Assembly: GCA_043228905.1 (NCBI GenBank)
Contig: JBHGNT010000012.1
Location: 12,648,001 to 12,712,000, forward strand
Reading direction: 5' to 3'
Length of the DNA: 64,000 bases
Source: Azolla caroliniana
Lineage: Eukaryota; Plantae; Polypodiophyta
In this document: one piece after another, positions 36,824-47,766 of the stretch
How the letters are laid out: each line of letters opens with the position of its first letter
Position numbering within the stretch: position 1 is the stretch's first letter
The notes under the pieces: model-generated
Database searches by the model: none
Told to the model about the DNA's origin: nothing
The model's input: only the letters and a program-made list of their open reading frames with translations
Translations under genes and position numbers: made by a program

Positions 36824-39683
36824 CGGATGGGATTCAGCGATGGATGTAGAAGACCCGGTGGTAACCGTATGTAGAAGTCATATTTGTAAATAGCCCTAAA
36901 GGCATATTAGTATAAATATGACCTAGGGCAAACACTTATGTTGGTTGTTGTATTGTTATATTGTTGTAACTGTTGTACAGAGATACAGAGAGAGAGAGAG
37001 AGCGTGAGAGTAGCTACGAGCACTCTCTGTTGTAACCGCCATCTGGCGAAGATCGCGAGCACGAGGTCCTTGCCTCTTTTCCTCCACTTTGTATTTCCTC
37101 TCATATAGTGATAGTTGGAGTCCGTGGGCTCCCGCGGTTTTTCCCTATTAGGGTTTTCCACGTAAACTCCCTATGTCATTTTTGTGTACTCTCTCATCCA
37201 TTCCCATTTCTATGATTTAAGACTCGGTTGTGGCCGAGCAATATTCCACGATTCTTGACAAACTGGTATCAGAGCGAACAACACAGAAAATGGAAGAATC
37301 TTTCGGCGGCATGTTCAAGCTCACCGGCTCCAACTACTCAATGTGGAAGTAGAAGATGAGGGATATGCTAGTGGTAAAAGATCTTTGGTTGCCCGTTCAG
37401 TTCGGGGACAAGAGACCGGATAAGATCCACGCCACAATGTGGGAGGTGATGCACATGAAGACGACGACATACATCTGGTGCTTCATCAACATGAGCCTGT
37501 ACAACAACTTCAATGAAGAAAGTAAGGCTCATGAACTCTAGGAGAAGATCGACATCATGTTCGAGAACAAGAATGCTGCTAACCGGGTTTCAGTATTCCG
37601 GAAGCTAGTGAGGCTCCAATACCAAGACGACTCCAGTATGGTGGAGCACATGAATGCTTTCCAGGGGCTAATACACCAAGAAACCCTGTTGGAAGTACCT
37701 CTCGCCTATGAGGTACTCACATTGCTCTTGCTCGGTTCCCTCCTGAATACCTGGGAGACGTTAGTTGTCATGTTGGGCAACGCCGGCCTAGAAGTAAAAC
37801 AACTATCCCTCGCAAGAGTCAAATCGAGCTTGCTAGATGAGGAGGCACGTCAGAAAGACAAGGAGGTGATCTCCGACGCCAAAGCCCTCCTTACCGAATC
37901 AGAACGCGAAAGACAAAGGAATCAGAGTCCCCAGAACTGGGAAAAGTCGGGGACACGGTCAAAGTCAAGGGGGAGGCCCACTTGCTTCTATTGTGGCAAG
38001 CCGGGGCACTTCCAGAAGAACTGTCGGCATTTCTAGAAAGACAAGGGAACCGAGAATACCGATTCGAAGAAGTCACCGGAGCAAGATGGTTTGGATCAGC
38101 GAGGCCCGGACCGAAAGGGAACGATGGCGATTGTGGCAAGTGAAGAGGAACTAATGCTCATCACCGAGAAGAGTAAGTTGAACCTTGTCGGGAATGAGAC
38201 AACGTGGGTTGTCGACTCCGGAGCATCGTTCCACCTTACCCCGGACCAGAAATGCTTCTCATCCTACACATCCGATGAGCACGGTTGTGTCCGGATGGGG
38301 AATGAAGGTATATGCCGAATTGTCGGCATAGGAGACGTGTGGTTGACGACACCAACCGGATGCAAGTTGCTGTTGAAGGATGTCTGACACGTTCCGGAGG
38401 TTCGATTGAACCTGATATCAGCCGATCGGCTAGATGATGAAGGCTACACGAGTAGCATCTGGAACGGAGGCATGAAGTTCAGCAAAGGGAGTCTAATAGT
38501 GGCTCGAGCTCGTAAATTCAACACATTGTACCTAATGAACGCCAGATTATGCCGGGAAGAAGAAGTGAACGAAGCATCCAACACTACCGATGAGCTGTGG
38601 CACAAAAGACTGTGTCACATGACTTAGAAGGGGATGAAGAGGCTTGCCGAAGACAACCTCATTCCGGTGAAGGACGTGAAACTTGAGAAGTGCACCAATT
38701 GCTTGGCCGGCAAGCAAAACTGAACCTCCTTCCGGTCAAGACCACCGATGAGACGGAATACACCACTAGAGCTAGTGCATATTGATGTGTGTCCAGTGGA
38801 CACGAAGTCACATGCCGGATCGCGGTACATGGTGATGTTCATCGACGACCATAGTGCCGAAGACGCCGGAATTGAACGGGCTGGCCGAAAGGATGAACCA
38901 GACCATAATGGAGAGAGTCTAGAGCATGCTCGCGATGATGAGTTAGGTTACCGGGTGTGGGATCTGGTTGACAAGAAGGTGTTCTGGAGTCGGGACATAG
39001 TCTTCATGGAAGACAGGACCATTGCCGACGGGGAGTCAGAGAAGAAGATAATCAACCCTGGATCATCCAATGAAAACCGGTTTGAGGACACAAGGAACTA
39101 CCCAGTTGAAAAACAGATGTTGGCCGGTAGCCGGATGACACTCGACGAACTGGCCGAGGAAGAAGAAGACACCGGATTCGGACAAGATCCCGAATCAAAT
39201 TTGGATGAGGAAGAAATGGAGGAACCGGTAGTCAGAAGCCAAGGACGGAGATATCCTCTTTGAGAGAGAAGAGCCCCCCGGAGATTTCCAGATGTAGAGC
39301 ATGTGTTGTTAACTGATGAGGGGAAGCTGGAAAGCTTCGAAGAAGCAAAGAGAGACACCCACAGCCGCAAGTGGCTGAGGGCCATGCAGGATGAGATGGA
39401 TCCCCTGCATGAGAACCACACATATGAACTGACGGAGTTGTTGAAAGGGAAGAGAGCACTCCGAAACAAGTGGGTGTACAAGTGGAAACCGAGAGATGCC
39501 AAAAATCCACTCAGGTATAAGGCCCGAATCATGGTGAAGGGCTTCCAGCAGAAGAAAGGAGTGGACTTCGATGAGATCTTTGCCCCGGTAGTGAAGATGA
39601 CATCCATGTGGACGGTATTGGGCATAACGGCAAGCATGGACCTCGAGGTAGAGCAAATGCAAGTGAAGACGACATTCCTCCAT
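36824..39683 (+). mobile_element. Ty1/copia retrotransposon C (Tork/Tnt1-like; decayed, internally deleted, 3'-truncated)
   Basis: LTR 36824-37260; PBS TGGTATCAGAGC at 37264; gag, CCHC knuckle, protease WVVDSGASFH, partial integrase, RT up to KTTFLH; closely similar to copia E downstream of ~37840. Confidence 0.88.
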
Positions 39684-39692
39684 GTGTGTGTG

Positions 39693-41600
39693 TGTTGTGC
39701 ACCCGCGTGGGAGAAATATGATTGAGAGAGTTATGAGAACGTCAAGATAGTCCCGATCCCCCCTACCACTCCCGAGCAAAGGGATCGAGATGGACTCGAA
39801 CCTCGATTGGACTCGAACCTCGAGTTGTACCTGGTGCTCGCTACAAGACTTGAAATAGAGTCAAAAGATGATGAGATGAGGGTAGCTAGGCCCCCAGGCA
39901 AGTTCACACTTGGCCTAATGGGTTGTCTCAATACCGAGGATTAAAAGTAATCCTCCCCTTCTTTACACTCTCGTTTAACCCTCACACTTATCCATGTGTA
40001 AAGAATACTACGGTAAATTCTCACCACGGGATATTATATGGTCATGCCCGTAACATACTCTACCTCTTTAAAACATTGCACTCTTGCAATGGAAAGTTAG
40101 GGAAGTTAGTTTTGAGAGTATTTTCGCGTTCCCATGTGGCATCTTTTATTGATTTATCCATCCATTTTATTTTAAATTCTCAGATTTCTTTAGTACATAA
40201 TTTTTTTGTTTTAACGTCAAGAATTCTTTCAAGTAAATGTGGTTTAGAAGATAATTCTTCAGAAGTAACCAGAGTTTCAATTGTAACTGTATTGTCGCTA
40301 GAACCTAGACGACTCTCATGAAAACTTGGATAAGTTTCAACATCATTAGGAAGAACGAGACAATAGACTGATGACCCAATGCATTTGAGGACTGTAAAAG
40401 GTCCACAAAACCATGGGGCTAACTTAGCGCACTTACCCTTAGACAATGTCTTAGAATTGTGAGGTACACGTAAAAATACCTTCTGTCCAGGGTTGAATAC
40501 ATGAGGTTGCTTATGATGATCGGCATAAAAACGGGCTCTATCTTGAGCTATTTTTATATTGTCTCGTGCAATATGCAACATATCTTGAATATCCCGAAGA
40601 AAGTTTTGCATACTTCGCAACTCATCATGATGTATATTAACATCAATCGGGGCTTGTGGCTGAAAACCATACATCAACATAAAAGGACTATATCCCGTTG
40701 AGGTATGCCTTGAGCTGTTATAAGCAAACTCCAAAATCGGGAGATAACGTTTCCATTTTGTTAGTTTTGTACCAACATATGCTCGAAGCATGTCCTCAAT
40801 AATTTGATTTGCTCGTTCTGTCTGTCCATTGGATTGAGGATGATTCGTGGGGCTCATGCTCAATGTAGTTTCTAACTTCTTAAAGACTTTGGATCTCGAT
40901 CACTCACGATATCCATCGGTAACCCATAAGAATGAAATAACTCGTCAACAAATTGGTAAGCCAATTCACGAGCTATTACCATGGTTTTAGTAGCAATAAA
41001 TCTGGCCATTTTAGTTAGTCTATCAACCACAACCTAGATGGCATCATGGCCTTTTTGGGTGCGAGGAAGGCTAACAATAAAATCCATGGATATACTTTCC
41101 CACTTATTATTGGGAATGTCCAAGGGATGTAAAAGTCATGCGGCTTTAAGTCACTCGGCTTTGTTAACCTCATATTGGTGACATTTAGTCACATAGCTAT
41201 GTATGTCAAGACGCATCTTATAGGCCAATAGAATTGAGTGGAGATGAGAAGGAGTGTACAATGTATTCCAGGGTGCCCTGCTCAGGGTGCATCATGGCAT
41301 TCAAAAATAATTCTCTTTTTGACATCAGGCAAATCTAGAACGCAAACCTTCCCATGAAGGTAGAGAAAACCGTTAGCAATGTGAAAGTATTCCTTCGAGG
41401 ATGTGGTGGTGTCTGTTCCAAACTCAACTCTTGCCTAGTATTTCGGAAAATAAATGTCATCAGGATGCTTTCCTCGAAGGTGATCATAAAGATCTGATGT
41501 TATTTCAGTGAAGCTAAGCATGTAAACTTCATGAATGCGACTTAGTGCATCAATGACAGTGTAATGGATCCTTTACGATATCGTATGGAAAAATCAAAGT
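39693..41600 (-). mobile_element. Ty3/gypsy chromovirus 3' fragment (RNase H end, integrase, chromodomain, PPT, 3' LTR)
   Basis: HPQSNGQTERANQIIEDMLR, EFAYNSS, KLAPWFCGPF; chromodomain ERILD...KIKW.....ATWE; PPT AAAGAGGTAGAGTA then LTR 40055-39693 (TG..CA); cut at ~41600 by the DNA transposon. Confidence 0.85.
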
Positions 41601-41667
41601 GGGTCGAAGCACGCTACGGTGTACCAGAAAAGTACTATTTTTGGCCACAAAAATTGTCAGTACTTTC

Positions 41668-44600
41668 TGTTGAGAAGCAAGCTCAACATGGTATGTGATG
41701 CTTATGAGAAATAAGCTATAGTAGCTATTTAGCTACTAGTGAACAAAAAGGTAAAACAGCTATTTAGCTAGTGACAGCTAATTAGCTAGTGAACAGCTAT
41801 TTAGCGACTGACAGCTAATTAGCTACTGGCAGCTAATTAGCTACATGTGTAATAACTTATGACTTAGGTAAAAATAAGTGAGAGTGAATAAGTAGTAAGA
41901 AGTAAGGAAAAACAGAGTATAGTGAGTAGAGAACTCTGAGAGAGAGTGAGAGACCAGAAGACTGACAAGAGCAAGTTGAGCTGTACATGTAATAGAAGAA
42001 AACCATTTTGCTACTACAGAGGTAAGTCCCCTTTCCTTTCTCTGTCTGTTTAGAGCACGCTAACGATCCAGCACACTACGATCCGCCGCGCACATAAGAA
42101 GAGCTCGAGTGCCTTCTTCACGTTTTCTTAACATGGTATCAGAGCAGAGTAGCTCGTAAGGAAGAGTATAGCAGTGCCTTAATCTGAGAAAGTTATTTCT
42201 TTGGTTGCTGATCAGAAATCAGAAAGTTACTTGTTGAAGTAACTAAAGCAAAACCCTGGTTTTTTGGAAGGAAAAAAATGGCTGCAGAGAATGTAGGCCA
42301 AATGGTCACAGAGAAATTAGATAAAAACAATTTCCCGGCGTGGAAATTCAGAATGAAAAACTTTCTGATGGGGAAAGGATACTGGGATTACATTGAAGGA
42401 GACCTAGAAGAGGCTCCAGAGATCCCAAAAGAGAATGCAACAGCTGCACATATTAAGGCATTTAAAGATTGGAATCAAGGGGCAAGGAAAGTAATGCATT
42501 GGCTATCACTCAGCATCTCAGATTCAATGCTTGGGCATATACAAGATGCTATGCTCCCAAAAGAAGCTTGGGACAACTTGGTAAAACTGTTTGCTGTGAA
42601 CACAAAGGCTAGAAAGCTCCAGTTAAAGACTGAGCTAAATACCTTGGAGAAAGGTAAGATGTCAATAAATGAATATGCCCTAAAAATCAAGAGTATATGT
42701 GAATCACTTGCTTCTATCAATGTGAAGATAGAAGATGATGACAAAGTGGAAATATGCTTAAGAGGCTTAGGACCTCAATACAAGAGTTTTAAAACTTCTA
42801 TGCTCACAAGGGATAGTATCCCAAGTTTTTCAGATCTGGTCTCAATGCTTGTGGTAGAGGAAAGGAATCAGATGGATGATGCAAATAAAGGAAACTCAGA
42901 GAACGAGGGGCAAGCCCTCTATAATAATGCCGGAAGAGGCCGAGGAAGAGGCCATGGAAGATTTGGCTCAGGAAGAACCAATAATAATGGCTTTCAAGGA
43001 AGAGGACAACAAGCTCATAGAGGAGGAAACAACAACAGAGGCAGGGGGAGCAACCGAGGTAGAGGTAAGCAAACTTATGTAAATGATGATGGCTGCTGGT
43101 ATTGTGGTAAACCAGGCCATACACAGGCTGAATGTTACAAGAAACAAAATGATGAGAAAAGAGGAAAAGGACAACAGAGTAACTATGCCTCTACTAGTGA
43201 AGATTGTGAAAAGGAAGGTGTTTTTGTAGTGCAACATGAGATAGCAGCAGTGGCTGAAAGCTCACAGAAATGTAATGAAGAGTTTACGTGGTATGTAGAC
43301 TCGGGGGCATCTAACCATATGACTGGACATGCAAATTGGTTTGAGAGTTTAAGAGAACCAGAGGTTCCTGGTTATGTACAAACAGGTGATGACACAACTC
43401 ACCAAATAAAACATGTTGGAGATATCCCATTGTGGGAAGAAAGAGGAAAAACCAAGTATATGTTGAATGTGATGCATGTTCCAAACTTTGCTAAGAATCT
43501 GATTTCTGTTGGACAGATTGTAGAGCAAGGTATGCAAGTGAAGTTTAAGCAAAGTGGATGCTATATAGAAAAGAATGGGAAGCTCATTGCAAAAGGGAAG
43601 AGACAAGGAAGAATGTTTATCTTGGATGTAGAAATGCCCAAACAGATTTCAGCCATGTTTGCAAATGGAACGAGTGTAATCTCAGATGTGGAAATGTGGC
43701 ATAAAAGGATTGGCCATATCAGTATGCAAACATTAAAGAATATGTTGAGAAAAGATGCAGTGGCTGGACTGCCAAACTTGAAAAAGTGTGAAATGGGAAA
43801 AGTATGTGAAGCATGTCAATATGGTAAGCAAAACAGGTTGCCATTCCCTCATGAGAGACATGTAAGCAAAAATCTGTTGGATTTGGTACATACAGATGTA
43901 TGGGGACCAACAAAGAATGCATCTATTGGCGGATGCAGATTTTATGTTACATTTATTGATGATTGTTCACGGAAGACATGGGTGTACTTCATGAAGGAGA
44001 AAAGTGAAGTATTTGACTGTTTTCGTAAGTTTAAATGCATGGTAGAAAAGCAGGCTGGTACAAGGATAAAATGTTTGAGATCTGATGGAGGAGGAGAGTA
44101 TTTCTCCAATGAATTTTCTGATTTTTTGTGTAATCTGGGAATAAGAAGACAGTTCACATGCCGATATACTCCACAGCAAAATGGAGTTGCTGAGAGGAAA
44201 AACAGAACTTTGGTGAACATAGCAAGGGCAATGATGACTGAGAAGAACATGCCATTATACTATTGGGCAGAAGCTGTAAATACAACAAATTACATTTTAA
44301 ATAGATGTATTACATCAGGAGTACATGAGGCAACTCCTGAAGAGTGTTTTTATGGCAGGAAGCCTAGCTTACAACACTTGAAAGTGTTTGGATGCCTTGC
44401 ATATGTACATGTGCCTGCAGAAGTAAGAAGTAAGTTGGATCCAAAAGCAGAAAAATGTATCTTTGTTGGATATTCAGAAGAACAAAAAGGGTACAGATGT
44501 TATAACCCTGTGACTAAAAAGATTGTGACAAGTCGAGATGTGATATTTGATGAGTTGGCTAGTTGGTACAGCCCAAAACAGAATCTAGAGACTGATGAAG

Positions 44601-47109
44601 ACTGTCAAAATGAAGACAAAGACAGATCAGAAAATGTAGAAGACTGTCACAGAGATGGAGACAAGGTTGGACAACAAAGTCCAACATCAACAGAATGTTC
44701 TAGACCATCAAAAAGCTCAGATGGTAAATCTGATTCAAATTCATGGAGTGGAAAAACTGGACAGAAAAAATCTGATGACAAAAAAGGAAAACAGAAAATG
44801 CCAGAGTATGAAATCCCGGATGACCTATCAAAAAACATGGAAGATGAAGATTCAGATATGTCTTTGGATGATTTCCTTGGAATACAGGAAATGAAAATCC
44901 CTGGTATGGAAAAGGAAATAAAGAATGCAAATAAGAAACTGAGAAGATCAGATAGAGAGAAAAAGACTGTGGAAAGATTTGGGTATGATACATATATGGC
45001 TATGCACTATGCATATATTTCTAAGGTGGTACAGATCCCTGACCCAAACAGCTTTGAAGAAGCAAAATCTGAGAAGAAATGGATGGATGCAATGCAAGAA
45101 GAGATTGATGCATTGGCTGAGAACAAAACGTGGGATTTAGTGAAGTTACCAAAAGAGAAAAATGTGGTAGGCTGCAAATGGGTCTACAAGACAAAGCATG
45201 ACTCCAATGGGAATGTAAGTAGACATAAAGCAAGATTGGTTGCAAAAGGATATGCTCAGATGCAAGGGATTGATTATGATGAGACTTTTGCACCGGTTGC
45301 AAAGATGGCAACCTTGAGAACACTACTTGCTGTAGGAGCAGCCAGAAAATGGATTTTGCATCACATGGATGTAAAAAATGCTTTTTTACATGGTAACTTG
45401 GAAGAAGAAGTGTATATGAGTCAACCACCAGGTTTTGAAGATAAGAAACATCCTGATTATGTATGTAAGCTGAAAAAAGCTCTCTATGGACTGAAACAGG
45501 CACCAAGAGCATGGCACAGAGAACTTTCAGATTCTCTGAAAAATCTTGGTTTCAAAATGTCAAAAGCTGATCCTTCTGTGTATGTAAAAAGTGAAAATGA
45601 TTGCATTGTTATTATTCTGATTTATGTAGATGATTTGATTATTGGAGGAGATTCCGTGGATGAAATAAGAAAGTTGAAAAAAAATCTGGAAATGCAGTTT
45701 CATATGAAAGATTTGGGAGATCTGAGATATTTTCTTGGTATTGAAATCATCAGATCTGAAAGTGGTATATGTATGTTGCAAAAACAGTATGCAACAACTA
45801 TGTTGAAAAAGTATGGTATGCTTGGATGCAAACCTATTGCTGTACCACTTGATAAAAACTGCAAGTTGAGGGCTGATTTGGGAGCCAAGATAGAAGATGT
45901 AAACATGTACAGGTCTATGGTGGGCAGCCTTATTTATTTGACTATAACAAGACCTGATTTGAGCTATGCTGTTGGATTAGTCAGCCAGTTTATGCAAGAG
46001 CCAACAAAGCCACATTTGGACTGCATCAGAAGGATTCTGAGGTATGTAAAAGCAACTCAGAACTTTGGACTATTTTACAGGGCTGATCTAGACATAAATC
46101 TGGAAGGATACACAGATGTTGATTGGGCTGGAAGCCAAACAGACAGGAGATCCACAAGTGGATACATGTTTACCTTGGGAAGTGCAGGAATTTCATGGAG
46201 TAGCAAGAAACAGGCTACTGTTGCATTGTCCAGTACAGAAGCTGAGTATAGAGGGGCTGCAATAGCCACATGTGAAGAAGTATGGATCAGAAGACTGCTT
46301 GCTGATCTGGGAGTATATATAGATGGTGCTGTCACAATCTGGTGTGACAATATGAGCAGCATTCAGCTTGCAAAGAACCCAGTGTTCCATGCAAGAACAA
46401 AGCACATTGAGGTGCATTATCACTTTGTTAGAGAAAAAGTGATGGAAGGTGAAGTTGATCTGGTGTATGTGAATACAAATCAGCAGGTTGCTGATATCCT
46501 TACGAAGGGATTGAGTGTGGAAAAACATACACAGTTTCGGAACATGATGGGAGTTGTAAACATTGATGAGATGGCTAAAAAGCAAAATGGAAAAGAAGAT
46601 TGAAGAGAACCTCAAGCAAGAATAAGTTGAGCTTGAGGGGGAGTGTTGAGAAGCAAGCTCAACATGGTATCTGATGCTTATGAGAAATAAGCTATAGTAG
46701 CTATTTAGCTACTAGTGAACAAAAAGGTAAAACAGCTATTTAGCTAGTGACAGCTAATTAGCTAGTGAACAACTATTTAGCGACTGACAGCTAATTAGCT
46801 ACTGGCAGCTAATTAGCTACATGTGTAATAACTTATGACTTAGGTAAAAATAAGTGAGAGTGAATAAGTAGTAAGAAGTAAGGAAAAACAGAGTATAGTG
46901 AGTAGAGAACTCTGAGAGAGAGTGAGAGACCAGAAGACTGACAAGAGCAAGTTGAGCTCTACATGTAATAGAAGAAAACCATTTTGCTACTACAGAGGTA
47001 AGTCCCCTTTCCTTTCTCTGTCTGTTTAGAGCACGCTAACGATCCAGCACACTACGATCCGCCGCGCACATAAGAAGAGCTCGAGTGCCTTCTTCACGTT
47101 TTCTTAACA
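41668..47109 (+). mobile_element. Ty1/copia retrotransposon D, intact
   Basis: 466-bp LTRs 41668-42133 and 46644-47109 (3 differences seen); TSD CTTTC; PBS iMet 42134-42145; PPT before 46644; single open gag-pol. Confidence 0.97.
42278..46603 (+). CDS. Copia gag-pol polyprotein (1441 aa)
   Basis: CWYCGKPGHTQAEC knuckle, WYVDSGASNH protease, HTDVWGP/SDGGGEY/NGVAER integrase, LIYVDDL RT, TDVDWAG/EAEY/CDN RNase H; no stops. Confidence 0.97.
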   Translation: MAAENVGQMVTEKLDKNNFPAWKFRMKNFLMGKGYWDYIEGDLEEAPEIPKENATAAHIKAFKDWNQGARKVMHWLSLSISDSMLGHIQDAMLPKEAWDNLVKLFAVNTKARKLQLKTELNTLEKGKMSINEYALKIKSICESLASINVKIEDDDKVEICLRGLGPQYKSFKTSMLTRDSIPSFSDLVSMLVVEERNQMDDANKGNSENEGQALYNNAGRGRGRGHGRFGSGRTNNNGFQGRGQQAHRGGNNNRGRGSNRGRGKQTYVNDDGCWYCGKPGHTQAECYKKQNDEKRGKGQQSNYASTSEDCEKEGVFVVQHEIAAVAESSQKCNEEFTWYVDSGASNHMTGHANWFESLREPEVPGYVQTGDDTTHQIKHVGDIPLWEERGKTKYMLNVMHVPNFAKNLISVGQIVEQGMQVKFKQSGCYIEKNGKLIAKGKRQGRMFILDVEMPKQISAMFANGTSVISDVEMWHKRIGHISMQTLKNMLRKDAVAGLPNLKKCEMGKVCEACQYGKQNRLPFPHERHVSKNLLDLVHTDVWGPTKNASIGGCRFYVTFIDDCSRKTWVYFMKEKSEVFDCFRKFKCMVEKQAGTRIKCLRSDGGGEYFSNEFSDFLCNLGIRRQFTCRYTPQQNGVAERKNRTLVNIARAMMTEKNMPLYYWAEAVNTTNYILNRCITSGVHEATPEECFYGRKPSLQHLKVFGCLAYVHVPAEVRSKLDPKAEKCIFVGYSEEQKGYRCYNPVTKKIVTSRDVIFDELASWYSPKQNLETDEDCQNEDKDRSENVEDCHRDGDKVGQQSPTSTECSRPSKSSDGKSDSNSWSGKTGQKKSDDKKGKQKMPEYEIPDDLSKNMEDEDSDMSLDDFLGIQEMKIPGMEKEIKNANKKLRRSDREKKTVERFGYDTYMAMHYAYISKVVQIPDPNSFEEAKSEKKWMDAMQEEIDALAENKTWDLVKLPKEKNVVGCKWVYKTKHDSNGNVSRHKARLVAKGYAQMQGIDYDETFAPVAKMATLRTLLAVGAARKWILHHMDVKNAFLHGNLEEEVYMSQPPGFEDKKHPDYVCKLKKALYGLKQAPRAWHRELSDSLKNLGFKMSKADPSVYVKSENDCIVIILIYVDDLIIGGDSVDEIRKLKKNLEMQFHMKDLGDLRYFLGIEIIRSESGICMLQKQYATTMLKKYGMLGCKPIAVPLDKNCKLRADLGAKIEDVNMYRSMVGSLIYLTITRPDLSYAVGLVSQFMQEPTKPHLDCIRRILRYVKATQNFGLFYRADLDINLEGYTDVDWAGSQTDRRSTSGYMFTLGSAGISWSSKKQATVALSSTEAEYRGAAIATCEEVWIRRLLADLGVYIDGAVTIWCDNMSSIQLAKNPVFHARTKHIEVHYHFVREKVMEGEVDLVYVNTNQQVADILTKGLSVEKHTQFRNMMGVVNIDEMAKKQNGKED

Positions 47110-47559
47110 CTTTCAATACTGTTAGTACTGAATAATTCAGAAAAAAAATTAGAGAAAAAGAAAATCGATTTTGGAGAGTGGGGTGACTGTAGTACAAGTG
47201 TCATTTACTGTAGAAGGAGTGGGGGGAACACGTGAGGAGATGTTCTTCCATTTTGGGGGCTATTTTCCCCTCACGTCGATTTTGGCGCTTCCCCTCATAC
47301 TCCTCTTCCTCTATCCCTCTGAGCTTTTCATCACAGACATCCATGTCACGTTTCTGATTTTCCTTCAATCTAAATCTCAGACATCCATGTCTGGTTGGAG
47401 AGTTTGAGTTGAGGATTTCTGATTTTTTTAGGGTTTCTGTTTTTGTTAGGGTTTAGGTTGAGGTACAGAGATTGTTCTGAGGGTTTAGGTAGCAGCCAAT
47501 AGTGACTTCTTCGACAACGACTTTCTTACTTCCACCGATTGCAGTTGATGTCGTGGTGA

Positions 47560-47766
47560 TTTGGGGCTTTTTCCACCAAATCGAGGCGGCATTGGAGGTT
47601 CCTTCCACCAAATCAAGGCGGCATATCCAACGGTCCCTCCACCATTGGAGGTTCCTTCCACCAAATCGAGGCTGCATATCCACGCTCCCTCCACCATTGG
47701 AGGTTCCTTCCACCAAATCGAGGCGGCATATCCAACGCTCCCTCCACCATTGGAGGTTCCTTCCAT
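47560..47766. repeat. ~53-bp minisatellite upstream of the transposase
   Basis: ATTGGAGGTTCCTTCCA recurs at 47591, 47644, 47696 and 47749. Confidence 0.88.
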
